From assembly GCA_964016885.1 (NCBI GenBank), contig OZ024741.1:79980001-80044000 (forward strand): 64,000 nt of DNA, written 5' to 3'. Below, one piece after another: positions 47,802 through 64,000 of this stretch. The stretch comes from Eledone cirrhosa (lineage: Eukaryota). A program made the translations under genes and the position numbers. Below the pieces are notes generated by a model. It made no database searches, had not been told where the DNA came from, and saw only the letters and a program-made list of their open reading frames with translations. Position 1 is the stretch's first letter, and each line of letters begins with the position of its first letter.

Positions 47802-47808
<7 letters not shown>
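47186..47808 (+). mobile_element. Tandem 318-bp hammerhead unit (non-LTR retrozyme-like), about 1.9 copies between (TA)n
   Basis: 47198-47515 is repeated from 47516; no ORF; one HHR per unit. Confidence 0.85.
47281..47326 (+). ncRNA. Hammerhead ribozyme, U3-A8 variant (second copy 47599-47644)
   Basis: agcc-TTGATAA-gctt caacaa aagc-GAAA-caaggcccttg-TC|ggct. Confidence 0.85.
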
Positions 47809-47883
<75 letters not shown>

Positions 47884-47886
<3 letters not shown>

Positions 47887-50430
47887 CGAAGGAAATGTGG
47901 TAAGGAACCAGGTGGACCATAACGCACCAAAGTACTCAATACTTGGGGTAGTAGAGTGGGTAATAGGAACCGGTAAGACCCCGACGGCTGAGCTCAAGCC
48001 GTTTCGACGGCTAATTCTGGACTAAATGAAAATTTATCCTGGTATTTAAATAGCCGATCTTCTCAAGGGGTAATTCCATATATGGTCAAAGTGATTGTCA
48101 AAAGTCAGTAGTAATTCTGTGATTGCAAATTAGTAGGGGAGATTGTGGCTAAACCTGCCAGTAGGAGAAAGAGGGGAGAGGGTGGAGTAGACCCAATCAA
48201 GCGTTGGTAGTGCCAGCTACAGCTGGGCATGAGGTCAAACAAGATACTGGGGAGGGGGAGGGGGAGTAGGTCGGAACGGTAGGTAGAACAATGAGGGGTA
48301 AAAATATAAATGAAAGAAAAAATACTGAGAGTGGAGAAAAGCGAATAAGTGTAAAGAAAAAAGTAAAGCAAGTTTTACGACCTAAGTCTCTAGCTATTGT
48401 TAGGCTAGATAAATAAATAAATAAAGAAAGAAAGAAGTAAAGAAAGAAATAAAGAAATAACGAAATAAGTAAATGAACTAGGTGGGACGGATTAGGCAAG
48501 GACCCTTTTAAGAGGTATAAGTACGTAAATCATACGGTGACGGGTCAACAAATGGGACCAAAATACTAAAGAGACTACCACGAAATAAATAATAAAGGTT
48601 TCTATCCCGGGCACAATGCCAGCTACCACCCAGTGCAGCAAAATAAACTAGTACGAGATAATAATTCTGAGTCCCGAAAAAAATATATACTAATGCTAAC
48701 TCTAAAAGATCTTATACAAGCTACATGAAAGTTCGTACGAAGTAAAGGTAGAATACGGAAAAATAAATTCAGAATCCGCCCCGCCCAAAAGAAAAGCGAA
48801 GAAAGAAATACTGAAACGAGAAAATAAGGCATAAGTGCCACTAAGAAATATAGAAGGCACGGAAGATAGTGGGAGCGGTCGGAAAAGGGGGCAAGTATCC
48901 GGGGTCTAAACCAACTGCTATAAAAAGCGGAGTCCGCCAAATCTATCATATACTAGGGGAGGGGTGGGGGTACTAAGGCTACAAGGGGCCAAAGGACAGC
49001 CTCGGGTGGGCGAGAAAAAACGCCGACAAAGAAGATGAGCTGGGGTAGAAGGACTAAGGAGGGATGGGGGGAAGGAAATAAAGGAAGCGATAAAAGAATA
49101 AAAAGAAGATCTTACGTCTCCCTTGGCAAGCAGGAGTAACCAGATGAACTGGTTACTGCATGTAAACATAGATTGCGTAGGACTTACCTCGCCCTCAAAC
49201 CCCATAATGACCCGGGGGGGGGGGGGTAGACTAGGGCTATAACACCCCACTTGCCGATTTTGCAATGGGTTACCCCTGCTTGCCAAGGGAGACGTAAGAT
49301 CTTCTTTTTATTCTTTTATCGCTTCCTTTATTTCCTTCCACCCATCCCTCCTTAGTCCTTCTACCCCAGCTCATCTTCTTTGTCGGCGTTTTTTCTCGCC
49401 CACCCGAGGCTGCCCTTTGGCCCCTTGTAGCCTTAGTACCCCCCACCCCCTCCCCTAGTATATGATAGATTTGGCGGACTCCGCTTTTTATAGCAGTTGG
49501 TTTGGACCCCGGATACTTGCCCCCTTTTCCGACCGCTCCCACTATCTTCCGTGCCTTCTATATTTCTTAGTGGCACTTATGCCTTATTTTCTCGTTTCAG
49601 TATTTCTTTCTTCGCTTTTCTTTTGGGCGGGGCGGATTCTGAATTTATTTTTCCGTATTCTACCTTTACTTCGTACGAACTTTCATGTAGCTTGTATAAG
49701 ATCTTTTAGAGTTAGCATTAGTATATATTTTTTTCGGGACTCAGAATTATTATCTCGTACTAGTTTACTTTGCTGCACTGGGTGGTAGCTGGCATTGTGC
49801 CCGGGATAGAAACCTTTATTATTTATTTCGTGGTAGTCTCTTTAGTATTTTGGTCCCATTTGTTGACCCGTCACCGTATGATTTACGTACTTATACCTCT
49901 TAAAAGGGTCCTTGCCTAATCCGTCCCACCTAGTTCATTTACTTATTTCGTTATTTCTTTATTTCTTTCTTTACTTCTTTCTTTCTTTATTTATTTATTT
50001 ATCTAGCCTAACAATAGCTAGAGACTTAGGTCGTAAAACTTGCTTTACTTTTTTCTTTACACTTATTCGCTTTTCTCCACTCTCAGTATTTTTTCTTTCA
50101 TTTATATTTTTACCCCTCATTGTTCTACCTACCGTTCCGACCTACACCCCCTCCCCCTCCCCAGTATCTTCTTTGACCTCATGCCCAGCTGTAGCTGGCA
50201 CTACCAACGCTTGATTGGATCTACTCCACCCCTTCCCCTCTTTCTCCTACTGGCAGGTTTAGCCACCATCTCCCCTACTAATTTGCAATCACAGAATTAC
50301 TACTGACTTTTGACAATCACTTTGACCATATATGGAATTACCCCTTGAGAAGATCGGCTATTTAAATACCAGGATAAATTTTCATTTAGTCCAGAATTAG
50401 CCGTCGAAACGGCTTGAGCTCAGCCGTCGG
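47884..50430. mobile_element. Family A PLE fold-back: 1.16-kb inverted arms (47981-49140 / 49269-50430) around the last codons of the ORF; an extra solo tail lies at 47034-47123
   Basis: Arms nearly identical; spacer encodes ELVTACKHRLRRTYLALKP, matching the 7090-7180 remnant. Confidence 0.9.
50340..50430 (+). ncRNA. Hammerhead ribozyme, family A (mirror copy 47978-48071, - strand)
   Basis: acccc-TTGAGAA-gatcggcta...tagccgtc-GAAA-cggcttgagctcagccg-TC|gg. Confidence 0.85.
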
Positions 50431-53400
50431 TGACAGCAGCTGAGAAGAGATATATTTATTGCTTGATAAGGTACTTACAGACATTAGTGTGGTATAGAAC
50501 TAAGAAGGTTAGAATGTACTTAATGATTATATTTCTGTGGTGGTTCGTGCAGTATAGTGGGTATCCTAAGTTTAAAGCTAAGTTACGTCGGTTCGATTCA
50601 CGGAGGTTTAAATCTTGTGAATTTAGTGGTGATCCTGTGTCTGCAGAAGATTGATCTTTCTAACTTGTTGAATAGCCTTTTTCCATTTCTAAGGATATAT
50701 AGTAATTCTAGATCACAGAGCCTACAGTGGGACATACCGGTACTGTAGGTCTTTGCGGCCGACAACCTCGACCAGTTGATACCTGTAGTTGGTGTTATTG
50801 TCCTTAAGTTCCCAGATTTTTTTGGCGAGGGTTGTAGAACCCATAAGTGCGCGATTTTTCATCGAGTGTCTGTGCACGTACCATCTTTTTTTTAAAGTAC
50901 CCGCGATGGATCCAATGTACTGCCAAATGGAGTTGTCTGAGTTTACCGTACACATGTACACTAGGCTCGAATCAAAGCATCTATTCGCCAATGGGCACCT
51001 ATCCGGTAGGTGACAGTTACAGTTTGAGGTGTTATTCCATGCAGCTTCCACACTGCTGTTTTGTACACTGCTATAAGTGGGTTGTGATTCATGCACGTTG
51101 GGGTTTTGCTGCTGCGTGCTTGTATGCGCTTGCAGTTGTGATACTGTGATGTGTTTATGTTTATAATTTGGTGCTATGTTGCGCATAGGTGGGGCGGATT
51201 CACTAGAGATATTTCTGTGGTTGATCTTGCGTATGTGCGATTCTATATCTGCTGCCGTAGAGTATGAGAGTTTTATAGTTTTTCTATTGAGTATTTTATG
51301 ATATCTGTGTGAAATAGGGAAGTGTTTATCTATTAGTTTAAAGAATGTAGAAGGCAGTCTAGTTTTTACAGAGGAGTTGAAGATTGGGTTGAACCATAGG
51401 TATTTTCTTTCTCTGATTCTTCTATTGTTTCTAAGGTTTACATTATTAGTGTATGGACCGCTTACTCTAGGTGCTACGTGCCTAACTCTATGTCTAGTCC
51501 TGTTACCTCTATTTTTGTGTGAGCAGTTGGTGTAATTGCTATTAGGTTTGTTTAAGTTGTCTTTATTCGCTTTATACTGCAGTTTATCTTTATGTCCAGC
51601 CCTATGTAATGCTGCGTTATAATAGTTAGCATGTTCATTAAAAAGTTCTAGGTTTGAGGATAAGCGGGATATTCTAAGGGATATACTACGTGCTATGGAT
51701 CTGATTATGGATTTGGGGTAGTTTGAGTTATAACTAATGTAGGCCAGATTCTCATTATTTTTGTGGAAAGGTTCTATTAATCCCATATTTAGATTTAGAG
51801 TCACATCTAGAAAGTTTACCTTCTTATGGTTCAGTTCGTAGGTAATACTTAGGCCTAGTTTTTTTAAGAATGTTCTAATGTTTTTTTCTTAATCTTTCCA
51901 TGCTCTGGTTGTTTAAGTTCCTAGCTATAAGGAGCGTGTCGTCTCTATAAATCTCTCCTTGGAGGTTACTGAATTCTTTATGTAGGTTGTGTGCTATAAA
52001 TTGCCCCACGACGTCAGTGATTTGCGCAGAGTCATTTGATCCCATTGTGATATCGAAGCTGTTTATCCTATCTCTTCTTACCCAGTAGCTATTTTCAAAT
52101 TTTATGATAGTCCTTCTAGCCGCTGTTATTATTTCAATTTCCTCAGGGGTAAGATCGGAGTTATTTTGGGCAAATATAAGTGCTTTATCTAGGGTGGCTG
52201 GGGATATGGATGCATAGTAGTCGTTTATATCAAATTGTATGAAGTTACATGTCTCCCTATTTCGTATTTTATTGAACCATTCAATCGCCTCGTTAGTTTT
52301 ACCACATAAATTGATTTCTAGTTTACCCTTTATTTGTGCGATTACCCTATCTAGAATGTTCTTGTTAATTTTACCTATATCTGACTTAGATGGGCATATT
52401 AATCTAATAGTAGGGTTTGTTTCAAAATTATTTTTGTGATCCTTCAGGTTAAATATGGGGTTGCATGGGGGTTAGAGACTCGGTCCTATCAGGTATTCCG
52501 AGTTTATTTACTATCCTAAGGCCCTCCACGTTAATGCTGGTGAGTGTGGATTCATTTGTTTTTTTGTATTTTTCATGTAGTTCACGCTGAATAAAATTTT
52601 GTATGTGTTAAGGTCCATAGAGTATACGTTTGATATTTTGTCTGCCTTTACTATGATACCGTTAGTGTCTTTTAGTTTTTTTAGTAGTGTATTGATGTCA
52701 TTTTGTAATTTGTTGTGATGTGTTCTTTTTTTTTATTTAGTTCCACTTATCATATTCATAAGGTCCAGCTCGAAGGCATCGAGTGTGGAGTTGTTTGGAG
52801 GGTTTTTGCAGGATTTAAATCCGTAATTCTCCTTAGAAAATTCTCTTGCGTTAATAGTTGGTCCTTTGTCGAATGGTAAGCCTTCCATCGGACCCTACGG
52901 ATGAAATCATTAGTCCGTTGTATCATGCCCAGTGTATAGTCCTTATTTGTAGGTATAGGTATGTTTTTCAGTGACATTCCTATACGGTGCTTTTCCATGT
53001 TGTTGCCGTGCGTTGATGGTGTTGCTCAACCAGGTGGGAGCTAAGTATACGGGGTAACAAATTATTGTTATAGGTAGTCCACTTAAGTGTAGTTCAGTTA
53101 TGGTACTCCGGGTAGTGGATGATACCAACGCTTGGCTAAGTTTGACTCAACAAGGCGTTTCCATAGTGATGTTGCGAGTACGCTGTAATTCCTATGTTGT
53201 AAACGCTTGGAGTAATGATAAATCAGGAAAGAAGAGTGACACGGTTTGCTATACAAAAAAGGTTTTTAATCTCATTGCTGACAATTGTTTCTCTGAACTG
53301 GTAGGTCTAGAGATCGCTATCCGCTTATTTTCGCGTTACTCGATCGCCAATACAAAATTATAACCAGTCAGTTCATCGGAGCTTGCGAGAATGAAGACAA

Positions 53401-53796
53401 TATACAGGCATGAAAGGAATATACAGGCTACTATATGTAGTAGTAATAGCATTCAGTTAGAACAATAACAACAATATCAATAATAAATTATTTGAAATAA
53501 TCACAAATAATCATAAATTATTTGAAATAAATCCTTAGAAATGTAAAAAGGCTACTCAACAAGTTAGAAAGATCAATCTTCTGCAGACACAGGATCGCCA
53601 CTAAATTCACAAGATTTAAACCTCCGTGAATCGAACCGACGTAACTTAGCTTTAAATTTAGGATACCCACTATACTGCACGAACCACCACAGAAATATAA
53701 TCATTAAGTACATTCTAGCCTTCTTAGTTCTATACCACACTAATGTTTGTAAGTACCTTATCAACCCATAAACATATCTCTTCTCAGCTGCTGTCA
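50431..53796 (-). mobile_element. Near full-length frameshifted PLE (CxCx5C type) with 5' pseudo-LTR and an inverted terminal segment (50431-50695 / 53533-53796)
   Basis: SLKNIPIP..FIRRVRWKAYH; FDITMGSNDSAQITDVVG; YRDD; ORF 50722-51804 with YLWFNP..CNCHLPDRCPL..LVYMC..YIGS. Confidence 0.92.
53271..53389 (-). ncRNA. Hammerhead ribozyme, C4 variant with ~80-nt stem II (related copy 58325-58443, + strand)
   Basis: gct-CCGATGA-a ctga ctggt...accag ttcag a-GAAA-CAATTG-TC|agc. Confidence 0.75.
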
Positions 53797-53924
53797 ACAC
53801 ATGAACCTAAATCCAAGAACATTTCAAAATACTACTACAGCAGAACTTTACCTTTCTCCTGTTATAATTGTAGTCAGCATGTTTTCTCTTTATATGTATG
53901 TATATATATATATATATATATATA

Positions 53925-57865
<3,941 letters not shown>

Positions 57866-58209
57866 TTACTCCTTAACCTCTGTATTGACTTGCCTATTAT
57901 ATTGCTACTCGGTTAATGTTGTCTTATACATGTATGTTATTGATGATGAGAAAGCTAGACAATCCTTTCATCTAATATAGACCACACAAATATTACTATC
58001 CTCACTACAGTGATAAATTCTTCATCTGTCAGATAATAAATGATTCTTACGGCCACCAGACCTACATTGTTTAAAGCCACCGGCTTATCTTTACACTATA
58101 TATAATACACCCCATGACAGCTTTTACATGTCAATTTTATACATCTGCCTCATGTCAGCTAGTTTTACACGCTAAAAGCGTAGATATACTATACTTCCCA
58201 CCTAGATTG

Positions 58210-59600
<1,391 letters not shown>

Positions 59601-60383
59601 ATTAATTAATTGGAAGTTATATATATATATATATATATATAACTGTTTCTACTTTTGGCACAAGGCCAGCAATTATCCAGTACATTACTGGTACTTTATT
59701 TTATCGACCCCATAAGGATGAACAGAAGGGAAAAGGGAAGAAAAGGGAAAAAACAGCGTAAAAACGGGAAACAACAAACAGGAGATGGAAACCCGAAGCA
59801 CACGTGTGTGAACAACTCGAAAATAGAGAAAAAAATTAAAGTCAACATCAACTACTGAACTTAAGTCCGGGACTTTGTGGACGAGAAAAAAACATGTCTG
59901 AACGCCGAAAGTGTAAGTGAGAAAGAGACAGATAGAGGAACAGGCGAGAGAAACAGTGAGGTGGCTAGCAGAGAGAGGGAGAGTGAAAGTGAGAGGGATA
60001 AAGGGAGGGAAAGAAAGAAGGGGGAAGAGTTGATAGCAACAAAATAGATAGGGAGAAAGAGAGAACAGGTCACAGCAAAACTTGATAAAAATTTAAGAAA
60101 CAGGGGCTGTGTAGTTGCTGGATAATGGATAAGTTGCACTTATAAATAAGAGGAAAGTAATATATATACAGTGGCGGACTAGGTCTAAAAATATTGGTTG
60201 CCAGATGAAGCGGGCCCACCCTTATAATGAATAAATAAGATTTTCAAAATATACATAAGTTTAAACAAAACGGTGCAATCAATTTTTGCGGAGAAATATC
60301 TTACCTTCATAATAAAAAATATCATATATTTTGTGAAATCCAGAGACTTTCAATAATGACCTTTGGTCTTTCACATTCACTCA

Positions 60384-60476
<93 letters not shown>

Positions 60477-63400
60477 CACACCACCTTCACTACTAATTGA
60501 TTTGACAGATCTCTTTAACCCATTGATACCAAATATTATTTGGTCAGTATTTCGTGTGTAAGTATATAAATTTGCACTATCGTATATTTTGGTTTCTAGC
60601 AATTCCCTGGGGAATTGGTTGACCAAATGCTTTGCTTAATTGTTTTATTTATTTATTTTTTTTTTTATTCTTTCTCTTAGATTTCAGGTATTTTTTGAAA
60701 GCAAAGCATTGGCCCCTAAAGTACTACAGTGGGCCCTGCAATGCTACTGTGGGCTCTTGCAATGCTACCACTTTTCATTGGGCAAATGGCAACCTGGCCA
60801 GTCCGCCACTGATTGTAGTCACCATCCGTGCAACTTCTGCTTCGAAGAGACCATAAGTATATTGCTCACCAATGAACTACTTCAAATCGAATTCTTTACA
60901 TCGTGTAGACACGGGATATACAAAACATAGCTCAACTCCAAACCCGTACAAATTATTTTATCTTCAAACTCTTGAGGATAAGATAATGTGTTACTATTAT
61001 GTACAGGCATGTAACTGAACGTTAGACAAATCCAATATCTTATACTAGTGACAATATATGCACTAACGCACTGTATGCCAAATATACACCCAATATCATG
61101 AACGACACTGGAGTGAAAGCCAGCCTAATTAGCTAAACACTACATATGGGAAAAAACGCAGTTTCCTGTATAACTGTACAATTAAACAAACCAAAGTGCT
61201 AAAACCTTTTTCTGTAGACTAATGCATACATGCGCGCCCCTTTCTGTAACAAAAGAATGGTTTACATGCACAACAAAATGCAACAATACAAATCAGTATA
61301 TAAACAAACCACCAATCACAGAGAACCACCCCATTGCACAACACTCATACACAAACCACAGCGGAAAGTATCTTGCAAATATTCAGGAATTACGTACAAA
61401 TGTATTCAGGAAATTAAAGAAAGAACTTGAATCAATACTTAAAAGACTTTGCAAAGTAGTAAACAAAGAACAGAAAACAAAACATCACAATATCTATAAT
61501 TGGAAAAAAATAAACATCGAAATCACATAACCGACAGATTTTGACATCAACTATTTTTGAAAATGAAAACAATGTTTTCACACGAACCAAAAATGAAACC
61601 TTCCTATATGATCAGTTGACCAGTTACAAATAGTAGCCAAACCCTCTTCATATTATATCCCATTTTACCTTAAACAAAGGAAGGACACATTGGATAATGT
61701 AGTCCTAGATTTAGTGTGTCTGAATATACATGATGGAATTGTCAAGTCTATAATATTTTTATCACATTCTTGCGCAATCAGGATTGACTTAGAAATAAAC
61801 AACAACACATTATTCCCAGATTAGTACAAAGTATATGAAAAACGTTTTTTGCTGTTACAAGAAATCACTTGCTGATCAATATAGCCATAATTGGAAAATT
61901 GGATGATTGTCAGAAAGCATTTGTGTGTTTCTCACCTTTTAAATAGGTAACTATGAGCTTTACCGGTTCTTCCATGTTGGTAAGTTTGATGTGTCTAATG
62001 ACCAATTGAATATCTGTTGGTCAATATCTTCAGAGAAAAGAAACATGGGTTGAGAAGAAACCTAGAGTCTTGTTTAAATGGTGCAACAGATTGAACATGA
62101 AGAACCTCATTAAGGTGTTATACAAGGTGACATGTTATGACTGTCACAAAAATGATGCTAATGGTGTACATTCTTCGCAAACGCTCGTTAAAGATGCAGT
62201 AAGCTCATGAATACTAATAAGGTGCACGAAACACGTCTCGGATAAATAAGTAAAAAAAGAGAGATCCTTAGAAATAAAAAATATTACCATTGCCTATCAG
62301 AAGAAATATTAGTGTAGAAGTAATCGATAATCACACGTGGTTTAGAGGGGTCAGTATGGAAGATACAAATAAAGTACCAGTTAGTGACTGGGTCTCACAA
62401 ATGTATGGCCTTGTGCCTATATTAGAAACGATTATTGTAACATTCGCTAAAGTAAATGCAATTTATATTTATTCATTGTACTAGTTTCCTCGAGTTCTAC
62501 TATTTCTTTCTATAGTTATCTTTCATCCTGGAGGAAAGTACTTTATACTAGTGTCTTCGTTGATCTAGCACTAAATACAATACAATTGCTGAACTCAATA
62601 TATGTAGTTGGCCCAATATCAAAAAACCCAATCTTTTACTTTTTCTATATACATACTAATAAATAAATCATCTTATATATATGTATATATATATATGTGT
62701 GTGTGTGTGTGTATGATCAATCGCGAAACGCGCGTCACACCTGAATAAACTTAATGAAAATTTGACACCTCGTCCAAACTTATTAATATATATGACGCAT
62801 AGAGTTACGGCCCTTTCCATTCTGAGTTCAAATTCCGCCGAGGTTAACTTTGCCTCTCATCCTTACGGGGTCGATAAAATAAAGTACCAGTAATGCACTG
62901 GGATAATTGCTGGCCTTGTGCCAAAAGTAGAAACAATTATTAATATATATGTGTGTGTGTGTGTGCGCGCGCGCGCCTGTGTATGTATGTATGCATGCAT
63001 ATCATATATATGCCATTAACTGTCTGAGCAAGACTTTGCAGTTGTAGCTCGGAATTGTATTTATGAGTAAGAGATGTCTTTTGCTGCCAATTTACACAAA
63101 GGAAACTTCTATCAAAACAGTTAATTTACTTAATTAACTTTTTGTTGTTTTATTTGTTTTTGTGTTGCTATTGTCTCTGTATTTGTTTTTGTGTTGTTGT
63201 TGTCTCTGTGCGTGTGTGTGGTTGTACGTAGTTTAGTATATCGTTGTGTGTAGTTATGTATGTGTGTATGTGTATGTTATTGTATAAGAGCCAACTTACT
63301 ATTACTAATTGATGAGCATTTTTTATTCTACTTCCTTTCTTCTTTTATTTTTCTGTTTAATTCTTGTTTGTATTATTATTGTTATTGTTTGTGTCTGAAC

Positions 63401-63659
63401 GATGCGCCACACTTGTTTACGCTCCGTAAGTTTTGTTTGTGTACATTCATTTATATTAGTATTTTGTTTGAAAATTTTGTTACAAAGTGACCTTGGGCCC
63501 AAATATATGAACTTTAAATTTGAAAATGTGCTATAAAATTTTTTTGAAAAAAAAAATGGAGGCTACACCCTACCCCACCCTCGCTAACTCCTGCCAAAGC
63601 GGGAAAATTCTTGAAAAAAGCGTGCGTCACGAAAGTGATTCAGACGGTGCTCTGAAGAA

Positions 63660-63940
63660 AAACAACAACAATGTCACCGCCACCACCACCACCAGTACAG
63701 ACATCACCAACAACGCTCCCGCCGCCAGCAAAAGCGGCAGCAGCGGCAGCAGTGGCAGCAGCGGCAGCAGTGGCAGCAGCGACAGCAGCGACAGCAGCCG
63801 CAGCAGCGACAGCAGCGACAGCAGTGACAGCAGCGACGGCAACAAGAACTACGGGAGTTACAGCAGAAGCAATGGCTTCAACAACAGCAACAGCAACAAC
63901 AATGACAACACCAATAACAGCAGCAACGTGAACAACAAGA
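63660..63940. repeat. Compound trinucleotide low-complexity tract (AAC/ACC/AGC)
   Basis: Direct reading; open in several frames only because of the repeats. Confidence 0.9.
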
Positions 63941-64000
63941 TTACGTTTGCATCCACAGCTGCAAAAGCTCAAACTTTATACAACTTTGACTAAACTGAAA

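Noticed and set aside
61938-62268. Candidate minus-strand exon with an AG|GTGAGA donor
   Set aside because: Stops occur in all frames from the better acceptors; not supportable.
63520-63993. 157-aa Ser/Asn-rich ORF and overlapping poly-Ala ORF
   Set aside because: Open in several frames because of trinucleotide repeats; no domain or splice evidence.

Overview
Eukaryotic (animal) repeat-dense DNA, most likely an octopus/cephalopod genome. This is inferred from a recurrent SINE (…GCCGAGGTTAACTTTGCCTTTCATCCTTACGGGGTCGATAAAATAAAGTACCAG…) and very dense (TA)n/(CA)n microsatellites. No host gene is clearly present; there is one candidate 60-bp exon. The window is dominated by Penelope-like retroelements (PLEs; RT plus C-terminal GIY-YIG). 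Six AT-rich copies or fragments belong to a CxCx5C-linker (Hydra-clade-like) type, and one near-intact, very C-rich Neptune-like element has 1.4-kb direct pseudo-LTRs. Decayed R4/Dong, RTE and Tx1-like LINEs and SINEs are also present. The main hidden structure is about 27 type-I hammerhead ribozyme (HHR) motifs from roughly 14 sequence families, read by eye, including U3-A8 and C4 core variants, long stem-II insertions and palindromic stem IIIs. They sit in PLE pseudo-LTRs and in small ORF-less fold-back or tandem units (retrozyme-like) embedded in (TA)n. Three inversions end at the predicted self-cleavage site. A 5.3-kb palindrome folds back inside an HHR stem II. A 25.3-kb stack of PLEs lies between one pair of hAT-type TIRs with a matching 8-bp TSD.
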